Positions 35,501 to 48,837 are shown, counted from the stretch's first letter. The stretch is 64,000 nt of DNA from Lama guanicoe (GCA_013239625.1 MU053493.1:1373793-1437792); one strand, 5' to 3'. Notes: generated by a model from the letters alone, not told the origin. Program-made: numbers and translations.

Positions 35501-36518
35501 GAATGCAATTAACATCTCTGGAATGTTAATAAGATTTTTAAGTTTCATTCATTGCTTTTATTATCTCTGTCTTCCTAGGACAACTGGGTCCTTGTCTTTC
35601 CAGGACTGTTTTCCTTGGCTGCCTGTTTGCATGTACAGATGAGAGATGGGACTGAGGCTAATGGGCAGTGGGCAAGGCTTCCCTCTGTGGTCTAGGGCTG
35701 TTTCCTCAGCTGGCCTCATCCCTTCTGGGGAAGTCTGGCTCCAGTTCTGTCCATAGGGTGACTCATCGTAACCAGCAGCCTTCAGTGGAGGGAACTGGAC
35801 CTCCTCATCCCACAAAGACCCAAACTAACGAGGGTGGGTACTGAGCCTTCTCCCATGGTCACTTCCTAGTGCAAACACAGCACTGCCAGCCTTAAGGTGG
35901 AGCCTGGATTAGAGGCAAACAGAGTGCTCACCCCGCTGTGTTTGTGGACAATCTCTCCACTGATGCTCCCTTCCACCCCCCCCAGCCAAGCCCCTGGCTG
36001 ACTCTGTCCTTAGACTGCAGACTCTGAGCTTGCAGCCTTTCCAGGACCTGGGGAGGCCAACACCTCTACCCACACTGCCTCCTACACACACACTGGGCTG
36101 CAGGCTTTTCTACCTTGGTTTATAAATCAATACGATCATGCCTTTTTTTTATTTTCTGGAAGTACATCCAAGTCAAGAGTCCACTGATACTCGCCTACAC
36201 CCCCACCCTCTTCTTGGGTCCACTTGGGGTTGTGCCATGTTGCCATTGCCAGGGGTTTGGAGAGGGGAGGAATATAAAAGGATGCCCAGTCTGCCCCTGG
36301 ACACCTGAGCTGACTCACTTCTCGTGTATGGTCTTAACTCCCAAACATATGCCATTGTCACCATAGTTAGTAACAGGGCCATGTGTGGGAGGCCTCATCC
36401 CTGGCAAAGCCAGGGTCATTCCACAGTAAACCTCCTGAGCTTAGCTATGATGCTCCAGCACAGTGAGATCACTCATAACCACTGGCTAATTTTTTGCATC
36501 AGAAACATAATTGACTCT

Positions 36519-36637
36519 TGTTGGGAGTGGAGGGGGTAGGTAATAGCACGGGTAGGGTGCATGCTTAGCATCACGAGGTCCTGGGTTCAATCCCTAGTAC
36601 CTCCATTAAAAAATAAAAACAACAACCACCACAAGAA
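36519..36637 (+). mobile_element. Vic-1-type SINE
   Basis: Perfect 16-bp TSD AAACATAATTGACTCT at 36503-36518 and 36638-36653. Confidence 0.9.
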
Positions 36638-37353
36638 AAACATAATTGACTCTCAATGCTCAGAGTGGTGTAGCGGTTAGGATTGTCTTTGGGTGTGGGT
36701 GAAAGATATCCTAAAAACAACAGTGACTTCAGCAAGATGGCAGTTACTCCGTGGGGGAGGTAGGAAGGTCTGCTGGGGAGGCTGCAGCATGTTGAGGCTC
36801 AGGCTCCACCTCTCCCAGGTTCAGCTGTGTGTGGCTTCCCTTCCCGAGATTACCTCATGGTCCAAGATGGCTGCTCCAGCTCCAGCCATCATGTCCACAT
36901 TCCAGCCAGCAGAAGGAGAAAGAGGGAGGAAGAGCTTGCCCACTCCTTTTAAAACTACTTCCTGGGATGGAAGTTGCTCATGTGCTGCCACTCATATCCT
37001 ATTGGCTAGAATCAGTCCAGAGAGCCATGTGCCATGCTCAAGACTGAGGGTTTCATCATTAAGGAAGGAGGAGAGATTGTGGGGCCCGCTGAGGGAGCCC
37101 AGGCAGGTGCCACATCCCCACCATGATCTTAGTCTCCCCAGTGGGCTGCAAGTCTTGGGCCCCCAGGAAGAGAGCCAGCCGACTGTCCATGACTCAGATG
37201 GCCTGGTCACTCTTCACCTCCTTTGCTGTTCTCTGAATATTGTATCCTCCCCAAATTCACATATTGGAATCTGTATACCCAAGGTGATGGTGTGTTGGTG
37301 GGTGCTTAGGTCATGAAGGTGGAGCTCTCGTAAATGGGATTAGAGATTATTAA

Positions 37354-37858
37354 TGTGAATGAAAAATATTGCGAGCCATATCAGTAAACAAAGGATGCTG
37401 TGGCCATCAAGTCATCAGCCACTACAGCCACCCCCATCAGTGAGCGGAGGGAACTCAAGATGCAGGCAAGCAGGCAGCCCAGCCTTTGCTGCCACCCTCA
37501 GTGGTGCCCCCTGAGTGAACTCAGGATGGAGAAGAGCAGGACACTGGCCCTTGATAGCTAGGTGCATCTCAAAGGAATGATTTCAATGAGCCCAGACCTT
37601 TGCACCTTCCCATATAGAAAAGTGCTAAATTCCGTAACTTGAGATGTCCGGTTTTCTTTAATTAACAATAATTTTTTGATGTTGCAACTACTTGTTTTTT
37701 GTTATGAAAACTCTTATATCCTGGCTTCTAACTTGCCACTTTGAAACAGCCTTTTAGAGTGATCTGAAGTGCTGTGTCCTGAGCTCAAGTCATCAGAAGG
37801 TCCAACAAATAAAACAGAAGTCTCAGCTTTTAGGCTGTGCATTTTATTTCAGTCGACA
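37354..37858 (+). mobile_element. ERV solo LTR, family B copy 1, inserted in MLT1 (37224-38070)
   Basis: TGTGAATGAAAAATATTGC...ATTTCAGTCGACA, AATAAA near the 3' end; reverse-complement homolog at 48838-49351. Confidence 0.85.
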
Positions 37859-38889
37859 TGAATGAGAGATTCTAACAGACCCAGAGCTTCTGAGACTCCC
37901 TTCTGCCTCGTGAGGACACAAACAGAAGTCTGCCACCCAGGAGAGGGCCCTCACCCAACCCCACTGACACTCTGAGCTCAGATTTCCAGCCTCCAGATGA
38001 GAAATGTTTCTGTTGTTCATGAGCCACCCAGTCTGTTATTCTGTTGCAGCCGTGGGGATGCACTCAGACATTCCTTCTGGGCCTTCAGAGTCTGTCTGTG
38101 CAACAGTTTCTCTGTCTGAAGATGGGAATTCTGGGGCCAGAGTTAATGTCCCTATATTTGCCAGACACCCAGTTGCATTGTAGCCTTGGCTTTGAATACA
38201 TCACCCGGCATCACCCAGCCCAGAGGGAAAGCTCTTCCCCCGAGTGGTTCTGGGTGGAAGAGGCACTGAAAAAAATCAGGGACTTATCTGTCCCTAGATG
38301 TTGTGATGAGGGGCGCCTTCCTCCCTTCCCCACAGGGTCTGCTGGACCAAGCTGGGCTTGCAGGGCCCCCAGAAAGAAGGGACAATTCACAAGGATGCTC
38401 GCCCGACCCCCCCAGTGGAAACATTTTCCAGGGTAGTTTCCTAAATTTTTGTCTCCCACGTTTGGATAAGGCCCCAGGCACTGCTGTTAGCTAAGCCAGA
38501 TCAGCGTCCACCTCCCAGGGGAGGCCTGCCCCACACAGAGAATTCCCGACTGACCAGCTTGGGAAGCCATGTCTGGTGACCCACGGGAGAGCTCTGCGCC
38601 TGCCTTCCCGAGCTCCGCCCTGGGCTCCCGGCCGTCCACGTGGGCAGCCGGGAAAGTGTGCTCGCTGTCAGGGAATGGTGGGCGCCGGGTTCTGCTCCAG
38701 ACCGGACTCTGGGCTCAGCCTCCTCTGCTCCCCTGACTAGAACCACCTCTCCAGGGCCTCTGTTGTCTGGGGCCACCTGGGGCACCTGGGTCCAAAGTCT
38801 GGGCCCAGCCTCACCTCCATGGCAAGCGAGGTGTCCCAAGGCACTGATTTCCTCCCTCCACCCCTCTAATTTTTTTTAATAATTCTTAT

Positions 38890-39635
38890 TTTTTATTACA
38901 GTGTAGTTGATTTACAATGTTAGTTTCAGGTGTACAGCAAAGTGTTTTCAGTCATATGTATACATACATTTTTTTTCAGATTCTTTTCCATTATAGCTCA
39001 TTACAAGACATCCCTTTAATTTTTTTAATTTATTGTTTAAAGTATAGTTGATTTACAATGTAGTGTTAGTTTCTGATATAACATAGTGATTCAGTTATAC
39101 ATATATATATTCTTTTTCAGATTCTTTTTCATTGATTATTATGTTTATTACAAGATATTGAATATAGTTCCCTGTGCTATACAAGTAGGACTTTGTTTAC
39201 CTATTTTATATATAATAGTTAGTATCTGCAAATCCTGAACTCCCAATTTATCTCTCACCCCCATTCCCCACCCCATAACCATAAGTTTATTTTCTATGTC
39301 TGTGACTCTCTTTTGAAAATAAGTCATTTGTATCATATCTTATATTCCACATGTAAGTGAGATCATATGATATTTGCCTTTCTCAGTCTGACTTACTTCA
39401 CTTAGTATGATGATCTCTAGGTCCATCCATGTTGCTGTAATAGCATTATTCCATTCTTTTTTATGGCTGAGTAATACTCCATTGTATAAATATACCACAA
39501 CTTCTTTATCTAGTCATCTGTCAGACATTTAGATTGTTTCCATATCTTGGCTATTGAAATAGTGCTGCTATGAATACTGGGGTGCATGTATCTTTTCAAA
39601 TTAGAGTTCCCTCTGGATATACTCCCAGGAGTGGG
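38890..39635 (-). mobile_element. Cetartiodactyl L1 3' fragments (two tandem 3' ends)
   Basis: TAGTTGATTTACAATG...AGTTCCCTGTGCTATACAAGTAGG...TTTTTATGGCTGAGTAATACTCCATTG. Confidence 0.85.
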
Positions 39636-40254
39636 GTGCCTCAAGGACACTACCTGTGAAGAGAGGTCTGAGGCTGCATCTCGGACGCACTGTGTCCTTC
39701 CCGCTATAGCAGACGTTAGTGCTGCTCTCCTGTCCCTCATCCCTCCTATGGGACAGACTGCACTTTCTAAAGTCAGCAGACCTCCTACAGAGCAGCCTCC
39801 TGCAAAGAAGTGCGGCTGTGTTACCTGCTCCTGAATCCCAGCTGGGTACCACTCCAGGTTAAGTGATGGTGTTTGACTTCTTGATTCCAGTTCACCAAAG
39901 ATGAGATGGTCTCTGTCTGGCTCTCTCGGGAAAGTCCCCTTTAAAAGGCAGCCCCAGGCAGTGAGGGAGCCCAAGCTGCACTGAGGCCACGTGGAGGCTC
40001 CTCACAACCGTCCCAAATGCATGTGAGGCAGGGCCTCTTCAGATGACTCCAGCCCCAAGCCCAAGGTCCCCTCAGCCTTGGAGTCCCCCACAGAGGCCCC
40101 TAACTCTGCAAGCAGACCCTAGCCCTCCGTGCTGGCTTCTTTCCCACGTCCTGACCGGTAACATCCAGGAGCACGACAAATGGTCCAGACTATTTATTAC
40201 GTTTGGTGATGACCCGTCACCAGCAGTGGCAGTGGCACAAACAGCGCCCTTTCT

Positions 40255-41821
40255 TTTGTTTTGTTTTGTTTTTTGTTTTTTGTTTTCTTTTATTATCAAG
40301 ATATTACCAAATGTTTATGGCCAAACATTTGTCTATTTTCTCTATCTTTCATCTGAACTAACCCACTGCTGGCTCATGAATTTAATGAAAATAGTCAAAC
40401 CAGTAGTTCATGCTATGATAGCCAAGTACTGAATTGTAATGAAATTATTTATGGTTACCAAAGGGGAAAGGGGTAGGGGAAGATAGATCAGGAGTTCGGG
40501 ATTAGCAGGTACAAAGTACTATATATAAACCAGATAAACAACAAGGTCTTCCTGTAGAGCACAAGGAGCTACATTCAAAATCTTTTAATAAGTCATAGTG
40601 GAAAAGAATACAAAAAGGAATATATACATGTATACCTGAATCACTTTGCTGTACACCAGAAAATAACACAATATTGTAAAGCGACTATACTTCGCTTTAA
40701 AAAAATAAATAAAATGACATTAAACAACACAAAAACCAAAGATTATTTCAATACTGTTTAGTCTGACTACCCAAAGACATATATATAAAACATCCCACCA
40801 AATATTCAATAGAAATATTTTGAATAAAAATAACCTAGTTTTCTTTAAGTAGTTCAGAAAACTTGAGACTACCCAAATCTCACAAATCAAGGTAAGTCAT
40901 CTTTCATTTCAAAAACAGATGATTCCGTTTTTTTTCACTTGCCATAGTGCTTCATCATGAGCGAAAACAAAGGAAATACACTTTTAGAACATATGAAAGA
41001 AAATAATAACATACGTGATTGTATCTCACAATACAGAGAGAGAAGAAAGTTTTGGAAAGTTAGAATTCAAATGTTATTTTAGAAATCAAGCTAGAAACAA
41101 TGGAGTGTTGGGAGTGTCCAATTAGAATCATTTTGGGGAAGTTTTCAAAAGTACTGAGCCTTAGTTCATATCCTAGACCAATTAAACAAGAATTCCGAAA
41201 AGTGTGGCCTAGGTATAAGAATAAATATTCTCAAAAGAATTATGATATGTTAATTAGGTTCAGACTCAATTTTTTTTTCTTATTGAAGTCTAGTCAGTTT
41301 ACAATGTGTCCATTTCTGGTGTATAGCATTATGTTTCAGTCGTACATATACATACATATATTCCTTTTCATATTCTTTTTCATTGTAGGTTACTGCAAGA
41401 TATTGAATATAGCTCCCTGTGCTACACAGAGGAAACTTGTTTTTTATCCATTTTATATATACTAGGTAATATTTGCAAATCTCCAACTCCCAATTTATCC
41501 CTTCCCACTCTCTCTCCCCCCAGACTCACTTCTTAATCTAGATCATACTGTCTTCAACAACTTAGAATGATATAGCCAAATAGACCTACTTTAATTTATC
41601 TTACAAATCTTATCTTTTATGCTTGCTTTTCTGCAACTTTTGTTACATTACACTGATTTTTATATGTAACAGTTATCTACTTTCATGATGGGGATTTTGA
41701 GATATCACCCGACCTAACCTTTAAATGAAATGCTATGAGGCTGATGATATTTTTATGTGTTTAGTCTTTTAAAAATGTAACTTTAAATTAGATGACTTTA
41801 ACGGCAGTAATTCAGTTTTGT
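40255..41821 (-). other. TSD-flanked, A-tailed retroposed AT-rich insert containing two L1 3' ends and a MER5-like fragment
   Basis: TSD ACAGCGCCCTTTCT 40241-40254 / ACAGCACCCTTTCT 41822-41835; degenerate T-tract 40255-40291; abrupt AT-rich composition. L1 3' ends at ~40448-40712 (+) and ~41270-41520 (-), each with its own short TSD. Confidence 0.7.
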
Positions 41822-42639
41822 ACAGCACCCTTTCTCTTACAGAAACATCGCATCTCCTGCCTCCCTGGGACTCACATGTGGCCATGTGACTAGCTTTGAG
41901 CAATCAACCTGAGAAATGATGTGTAACCATGTTTAATTGCTTGTCTCAACTCTCTGTCCCCTCTTCTGAAAGTACGTGTAGAAATGCCATCTCCATTGGT
42001 CACATTGGACACAAGGCAGGAGCAAAAACAAGCCTTTTATTTTCAACCACTGAGATTTGGGAGTTGTTTGTTACTATGCCCTATCATTTCCTGACCAATA
42101 CACACTCTGTTCTGAACAGTTTGCCCAGTTCAGAGGAGCTCCTTGTTTATGGACTGAATGCCTGCAAGAGGACAGCAGCTTCCAGTGTCCTGTCCCCTAC
42201 TTGTCCCCTCTTGTGGCTCTCACATCAGACTCAGGGAAGCCACTCTCAACTCAGAGCTCATCCATTTTCATTTTATCAAAAGCTCTTCACTGACAGCAGA
42301 ACATGCTGCTACCCAGACCTTAGGAAAAACTGGGCTCACCCCACCTCTAGCCCAGCACCTGGAGGCAGTGGTCTCAGGCACAGGGCCCTCTGGGTTCAGG
42401 GAGCAGAGCTGGCTAAGCAGCCAGAGGAAGATTAGAGATCTGGGAGCCAGACGGCTGAGTTCAGGTCCACGCATTGCTCTCAAGTGCTGGGGCCATGGGC
42501 AAGTCCTCCAAGCCTCAGTTTCCTCATTTGTAAAATGGGCACAATAATGTCAGTGTCTCAACCTGTTCAAGCTGCTCTAATGGAAGACCCCAGGATACCC
42601 AGTATGCACGTGGTGTTGTACAACACCACATTATACCTA

Positions 42640-42905
42640 GGGTGACATAAACATTGATTTCTCCCAGTTCTGGAGAATGGAAGTCCAAGATCAAGACACC
42701 GGCAGAGTCAGTGTCTGATGGAAGCTGTCTTTCTGGTTCACAGACAGGTGTCTTCCCTGGTGGAAGGGGCACTAATCCCATTCATGAGGGCTCCACCCTC
42801 ACAACCTCCTCACCTCTCAAAGGCCCCACCTCTTAATATCTTCATATTGAGGGTTAGGATTTCAACCTATGAACTTAGGGAGGACACAGGCACTCAGTCT
42901 AGAGC
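42640..42905 (-). mobile_element. MLT1 (MaLR) LTR fragment
   Basis: TTTCTCCCAGTTCTGGAG..GGAAGTCCAAGATCAAG..GGGCACTAATCCCATTCATGAGGGCTCCACCCTC..GGATTTCAAC. Confidence 0.75.
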
Positions 42906-43078
42906 ATGGAGCCTTTCCCTTACAGGGTATAAGGAGGATCAAATTTCCCTGGGGGAGGGCCTGGCCCAGGCACGCCTGGGTGGCACCCAGTCAACGCTGG
43001 TCCTGCTCCCAAGGGAGAGGCTGCCTCTGAACTAACTCTTCTTATCTGCAGTCTAAAAGGCATGTCTCTTCAGCTTCC

Positions 43079-43283
43079 TTTTGTTTTCTTTTTTATGTGT
43101 GGGGGAGAGGTAATTAGGCATATTTATTTTCTCTTCATCTTCCTTTTGTTTTGTTTATTTTTGGAAGGGGGAGGTAATTAGATTTATTCATTTATTTTAT
43201 TTTTGAATGGGGGTCCTGGGGATTGAACCCAGGACCTTGTGCATGCTAGGCACATGCTCTACCACTGAGCTACATCCTCCCCT
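43079..43283 (-). mobile_element. Vic-1-type SINE plus a second tail-only copy at the same target
   Basis: Full SINE 43144-43283, tail fragment 43079-43131; target TCTTCA(G/T)CTTCC present three times. Confidence 0.8.
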
Positions 43284-43646
43284 TCTTCATCTTCCAAAGT
43301 CTGGCTCTGGATTTACTGCAGGACCTCCCTCAGGTCACCTGGAGTCATCAGTAAGATGATGGCAACTCCATGTTGTCGGTTGCTCAGCTCCAAATCTCGA
43401 AGCCAATGCATCTTCCCTCTTCCTTCTGTTGGCCACATCCACCAAACCCAGCAGTTGGTCACTTCGTAGCATGGTCAGCACCTGACCACTGTCACACGCT
43501 TGTGCACGTGCACGCACACACACACACACACACACAAAGCACGCACCATATACCCTGCTCCAGGACACCTCCGCCCCTCTCCAGGACCCACCTCCTGCCC
43601 TTCCCCCTGCTCCCCGGCATCCCCTCCATTCTGCACACAGCAAAGA

Positions 43647-44150
43647 TGTTACCAGAGAGGAAGTTCTTGTCTCTTTGCAGAAAGAATTCAGAGACAAGAC
43701 ATGGAGGTCAGGAAAGTAAAGTGAGGATTTATTAAGGAATGGGACACTCTCAAGGGGAGAGCAGGCAGGCTCAGGTAAGCAACTGCTCTGAGTTTCTTGG
43801 ACAAGCTGGTTACAGAGCATAAAAATGAATGGGCGGAATATTCACTGGGGACGGAGGGGTTTGGGGTCATATTTCCTTATTTTCATCCCAGCTCCACCTT
43901 CCCGAGGGGAGAGGGATTTTCATCATTATTTAGCTTGATCAGAAGTGTCATGGTGTCAAGTGCATGATGGGTACTTCTAATCTGCAAGGGTAACTTTATT
44001 GTAATGAGGGCATAATGAGGCTCAAGGTCTACTGGAGGGCGAGTCTCCCGCCATCTTGGGCCTACTTGGTTCTAACTGGTTTATAGCCTATCCTCAATGG
44101 CTGTGTTATTCTTTTATCGCTTGAACTGTGCTCCCTTCCCTTCTGTCTCA
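43647..44150 (-). mobile_element. ERV1-class solo LTR, family C copy 1
   Basis: TGTTAC...CTGTCTCA; homologous along its length to 59593-60105. Confidence 0.85.
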
Positions 44151-44177
44151 GGGTGATCCAGTTAAAACCCACGTCGT

Positions 44178-44300
44178 GGGGGGAGGGTATAACTCAGTGG
44201 TACAGTGTGCGCTTAGCATGCATGAGGGTTCAATCCCCAGTACCTCCACCAAAATAAGTAGATAAACTTGATTACCTTCCCACCAACAAAATTTTTTTTA
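44178..44300 (+). mobile_element. Vic-1-type SINE
   Basis: GGGGGGAGGGTATAACTCAGTGGTAC...GGTTCAATCCCCAGTACCTCC. Confidence 0.85.
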
Positions 44301-46476
44301 AAGAGGCCTTCCTGATCAACCCATTTACAGCCACAGAGCACCTTCCGTTTGTTATTGGTTTCAATTCATCGCCATCACGTCCTCCCTACATGCGTGCTTA
44401 GGTGTTTACTGCCCCTCCCTCCCATTAACACACAAGCACGAAAGTCAAGGCAGGCTTGGGCTTCTGGTCCACTGCCCTCGCTCCAGTGATTCCTGGGAGA
44501 GAAGGAATGTGAGAATGCCCCTTTCCCACTGAGGGATGCTGGGCAGAGGAAGGGGAGGTTGAGGACGGCGGGAGAGTGGAGGGCTGGGCTATTGAGAACC
44601 ACTTGCCGCAGCCTCTGTGGGCCCAGGCCACACTGATGGAAGCTTGGGGATCTGAGTCACCCTCTCCACGGGCAGCCCGGTGGAATGAATGGAGCTGTGA
44701 AGGTCATCCAGGAAAGGGGCCTTGGAGAGAGGATGAGGTTCTGAGACACAGGGCACAGAGCCAGGCTCTGTGCTCCTTTCTGCCAGGCAGGCAGGGCAGG
44801 ATGTGCGTGGGACAGGACAAGCCTGAGGCCCAAAGTACCAAGAGCTCCTGGGCCACAGGGCCCTGCCTGACAGTGGCTGGTTCCCCTCGGCCATGTAGTG
44901 AGCCCCACCCCCCACCAAAGCATACCCACCCAAAGTGAGCCAGCTGTGACTCAGAGCTCACCCATGTCCTGCACCCAGTCCGTGGATGGCGGTGTGTGCA
45001 GTTTTCAGCACTTTGGACCACGTCTGGGAGTAAAGGGAGTAGGTCTGGGCCTGGACCTAGAGCAGTGGGTGTCCAGGACCCCCAGGGGGTTAGCCTACAA
45101 CCTGCATGGGCCAGATTCTCTTGTGGTTTGGCTCCAGAAAATTCGGGGATGCATATTCCCCGCCAGGTGAGTCTTCCTCCCAGGCCCATCTCCACAGGAG
45201 CAGCTGGCTCAGGGGCCAGGTCTGTTTCCGGAGGGAGCGTGGCCGCCTCAGAGGAGGACTGGGTAGGCATGGCTGAGTGGTCTTTGCTCCACCTCTCCGC
45301 CAGGCACTGACGTCCTCACCCAACCAGGAAGGCAGAGACAGGGAGTGTGGACTCTGCCAGGGACATACAGGATGCTCAGGCCAGGGTGGGGCTGAGCCTC
45401 CCCCAGCACAGTCTGCAGGGAAAACCTCACTGGGGACGCAGCCCCACCCAGTGGGGCGGATCAAAGAAGTCTGAGTGAGTGAGCGTTTTGTAGGCATCTG
45501 GGCTGGCTCTGGGCTTCCCAGGCCTGGCTGCAGGGGCCCTTCCATCCACTCCTCCTGATTCAAGACTTTCTGACCCCTCAGGACTTGGGGCCCTGGGCTA
45601 CTGAGGCCCCAGCACACAAGTGGCTGGAAGGGGCCAGGGGACGAGCCTCAGGGATGTGGATAGCTTCCCCCTGGTGTCCCTGCTGTCCAACCTGCCTCCG
45701 ACCTCCACACACACACAGGGGGCAGCTGGTTTCACTTCGGGAGCTTCTCCCCCTCCCCGTGTAACATGTCAGTGCAGCCCACATTTGGTCTTTCTGTCCC
45801 CAGACAGATCTGCCCCCTGACACTAGTTTGCTCGGGGAGGCGGCCGTGTCTTGGAGGGCTGGGCTCCCAGGGTCTGCGGGGTGGAGAAGCATGGAAAACA
45901 GCACCTGTACGGCCCCTCCCGAGCACAACGTGCTTCGTGGTGGGGACCTGTCCAGGCAAAGGCCTTATCCGGGGGATCTGGCAAATTACCGGGTAGCCAG
46001 CAGAGCGGAGCCCAAGCACAGACGTGTGTGCAGCAGGCTTCTTATTTGGCTAATTACGGTTCCGAGGCCCCCAGTACACATAAAATGTCAGGCACTCTGG
46101 GCCTTGGCCCAGACAGCAGATCCAGGGTGGTGCCTACCTTGGGAGGAGTGAGTCTTGCCAAAATTCCTCCCGCGGAGGCAGAAGGGAGAAAGATGGAAGA
46201 AGGGAGGGGGTTGGAGGGGACCCCGGGAAGAGCCGAGGAGTCTGCAGACCCCACACCAGCCCTGCCTTTCCTCATCTTTGAAGTGCATCCCTCCACGTGT
46301 ATGATGTGCCCGTAATAATGTTACTAATGAAGTTGGCTTCGAGCTGTCCCCAGAGTAGCTCACTTAATCCTGGCAATGAACCCATCCCTTTTTTCACAGA
46401 TGGGGAAACTGAGGCCGGCCCGGGGATGGCAAGAGACTGTCTAGCTGGCAGAGCCAGGAACCAAGAAGCAGGCCCT

Positions 46477-46478
46477 AA

Positions 46479-46513
<35 letters not shown>

Positions 46514-46514
46514 A
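46477..46514. repeat. (TAAA)n microsatellite
   Basis: About 9 TAAA units. Confidence 0.9.
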
Positions 46515-48837
46515 TATTTAAATATTCAAATATTTATATTTATATTTTAAAAAGAGGAGTAAAAGAAGGAGTCCAGCCCTAAAGGGAAGCCAGGCCCAGG
46601 AACCTCCCAGAACAGGTAAGTGTATAGGATGTGGGCACAGAGGGGTGGGGGTCCCTGTGCCCCTCCCTGGAGTTTTGGCCCTGCAGGTTCCCAGGCTGCT
46701 TGACCTCTCAGCCGGCAGCCGCCCCGTCCCTGGGAGGGGAGGCGACGTGCCCCAGGCCCCTGGCTTAGACCTGGCAGGCCCCTGGGCGTGGTCGGCTGCT
46801 TGCTTGGCTCCAGGCTGGTAATTAGGTAATTACGGGAGTGGCCTGGGCCCAGAGCCAGGTAGCCCACCTGCCCAGGAATCACACCTCTGCCCCACCTGAC
46901 CTTCTCCTCCCACTTGGCCTCTGGCACCTCCCTCAACCCCCTCCTCCATCCCGGGCCATTTGTCAGTTTCTAGCCCAGTGGGAAATGATCCTTGAGCTAC
47001 CCTGGTGGCACTGTCAAAGGAAAAACCCGGACTGGAGGGAGGAGGATGTCCAGTGGACTCATGAGGGTGGGAAGAGGCCCCTGTACCACCTGCTTTCCCC
47101 AGCACAACCCAAGGCCTTTCCTGCCAGCCAAGATTCTGCCTGTCCCTCTGCACCTACAGTCACCTCCCTCATCTCCGAGCACATCCTGTCACCCTCAGAG
47201 GCCCAGCGGCACAGACCCTCCAGGGCCCAGCTCCTCCCTTGAGGCCTCTGCGCTCCCCATGGGCTGGGAAACTTGAAGGACCCATCCATGCTTAGGAGGG
47301 CCCTGCCAGACTGTGACAGGGCCAAATGCAGGACAAGACAAGGGAATCCTCCCTTGGGGGCCACCAGGAGTCACTTAGAAACTCAGAGTCCTTCCCCAAG
47401 GTCCCTGAATGCCAGGCACCACCAGCCCGGGCCTAGGGTTTTGTAAGTAAAGAAAGGGGGACATCAAGTTCCAAATGGGACCTGATGGGCTCAACTGGCC
47501 TTGCCCACCTCCCTTCATTTCTTCTCATTTCCTTAAATGACAAGAATGAAGGGGCACTGCCTGGCTCTTGGCAATGGGTCTCGGAGAGGAGCCAGGACCA
47601 CTGTGGCAGCAACTGGAAACTGGTGGCAATTCCCAGCTTCCCGGATGGGATCAGACACTCTGGGGGTGGGGCCAGCACTCAGTTTAAAGCCCTCCAGGGG
47701 CCCCCAGGGCAGCTGAAGCATGACCCCCCCCCCAGCTCACAGCTTCCCTCTCCCTCCCTCAGACGTGACCCCCAGCACAGATTCCCTCTGTCTGGTCCTC
47801 CTGACCCAGCTCCCTGAAGCCCTGCAGCTCCTCCAGCTAAAAGCCTCTCCAGGCTTCCTCCTCACTACTTGTGCCCAAAATACCTCACCAGGCTTATTCC
47901 TGGAACTCCCGATCTGTCCGAATGGCCCCTCTCACCGATGGTGGGATGTGGGTGGGCATGTGGGAGACTCAGGGTTCAGATCCCCTCCTCTGCTCATAGC
48001 TGAAAGCCCCTCCCCCGTGGGAGTCACCTTCCAAAGGGCAGGGGGTTACAGATTTGCCTCAGTATCTGGTCTCCTTACTGCAAAGGTGGTGCCAGGCATC
48101 TGAGCAAGGACAGAATAGAGAGCATCCTGCATCCCTGGGCGGCTGAGAGATAAGGGACAGAAAGCCAGTTCAGGGGGTGGGGGTGGGGGATGGGCTTTCC
48201 CAGTAAGGCGTCCAGACCTGTCCCCAGGAAGCCACCTGAGCATCTTGACCATCCCTCCGCTGTTCCAGTTTATAGGGTCGGTGCCCATGGGATACCCCTT
48301 CTTGGCACAGTCGGTACCCTGCCCAACAGAGGGAGGCGTGCTCAGCCAGACCAGGCTGCAAATTTGAGCTGAGTCACCCAGGCTGCAGGAACTGGCAGGG
48401 GCTGCCTCACCACTCCCCACCTCCCAGAGCTAGAGACTTCACTGGGCCCTCTCTGCGTTTCTGCTCCCAGCCAAATCAACCATCAGAACATCCCTGTGGA
48501 CAGACAGCATCTGTCCCCTGCATAGGTGAGCCCTCTGCCTCTCCAGCCCACCGACCAGGGTCCTTCCTCTACTTCAGAGCCAAGTCTGCACACCCCTAGT
48601 CTCCCTTTGGAGCAGTACCTTGTGTCCCTGTCATGTCCCTGACAAAGCTCTCCATCCCCTAAGGACAGGTCCATTCCTCCTTTGAATTTGCTCCCTCTCT
48701 GCCGATCTTCCCAGCCACTGCCACTGATCTGGGCACATGGGGAAGGCATGCGTCCGAGAGACCCCAGTTCCCATCCCAACTCTGCCCCTTGTGAGCAAGT
48801 GACATTGGCCAAGTGGGCCCAGGAGCCTGCTTTCCCA

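Larger units (their letters stand above)
29480..35550 (-). mobile_element. Long antisense L1 block (3'UTR + ORF2, several old subfamilies) with nested LTRs
   Basis: T-rich L1 antisense text; ORF2-like peptide [60 protein letters not shown] at 33241-33483. Nested MER91A, ERV1 LTR and MLT1 (34339-34672). Confidence 0.9.

Noticed and set aside
45003..45023. RE1-like TTCAGCACTTTGGACCA
   Set aside because: Mismatches in both conserved half-sites.
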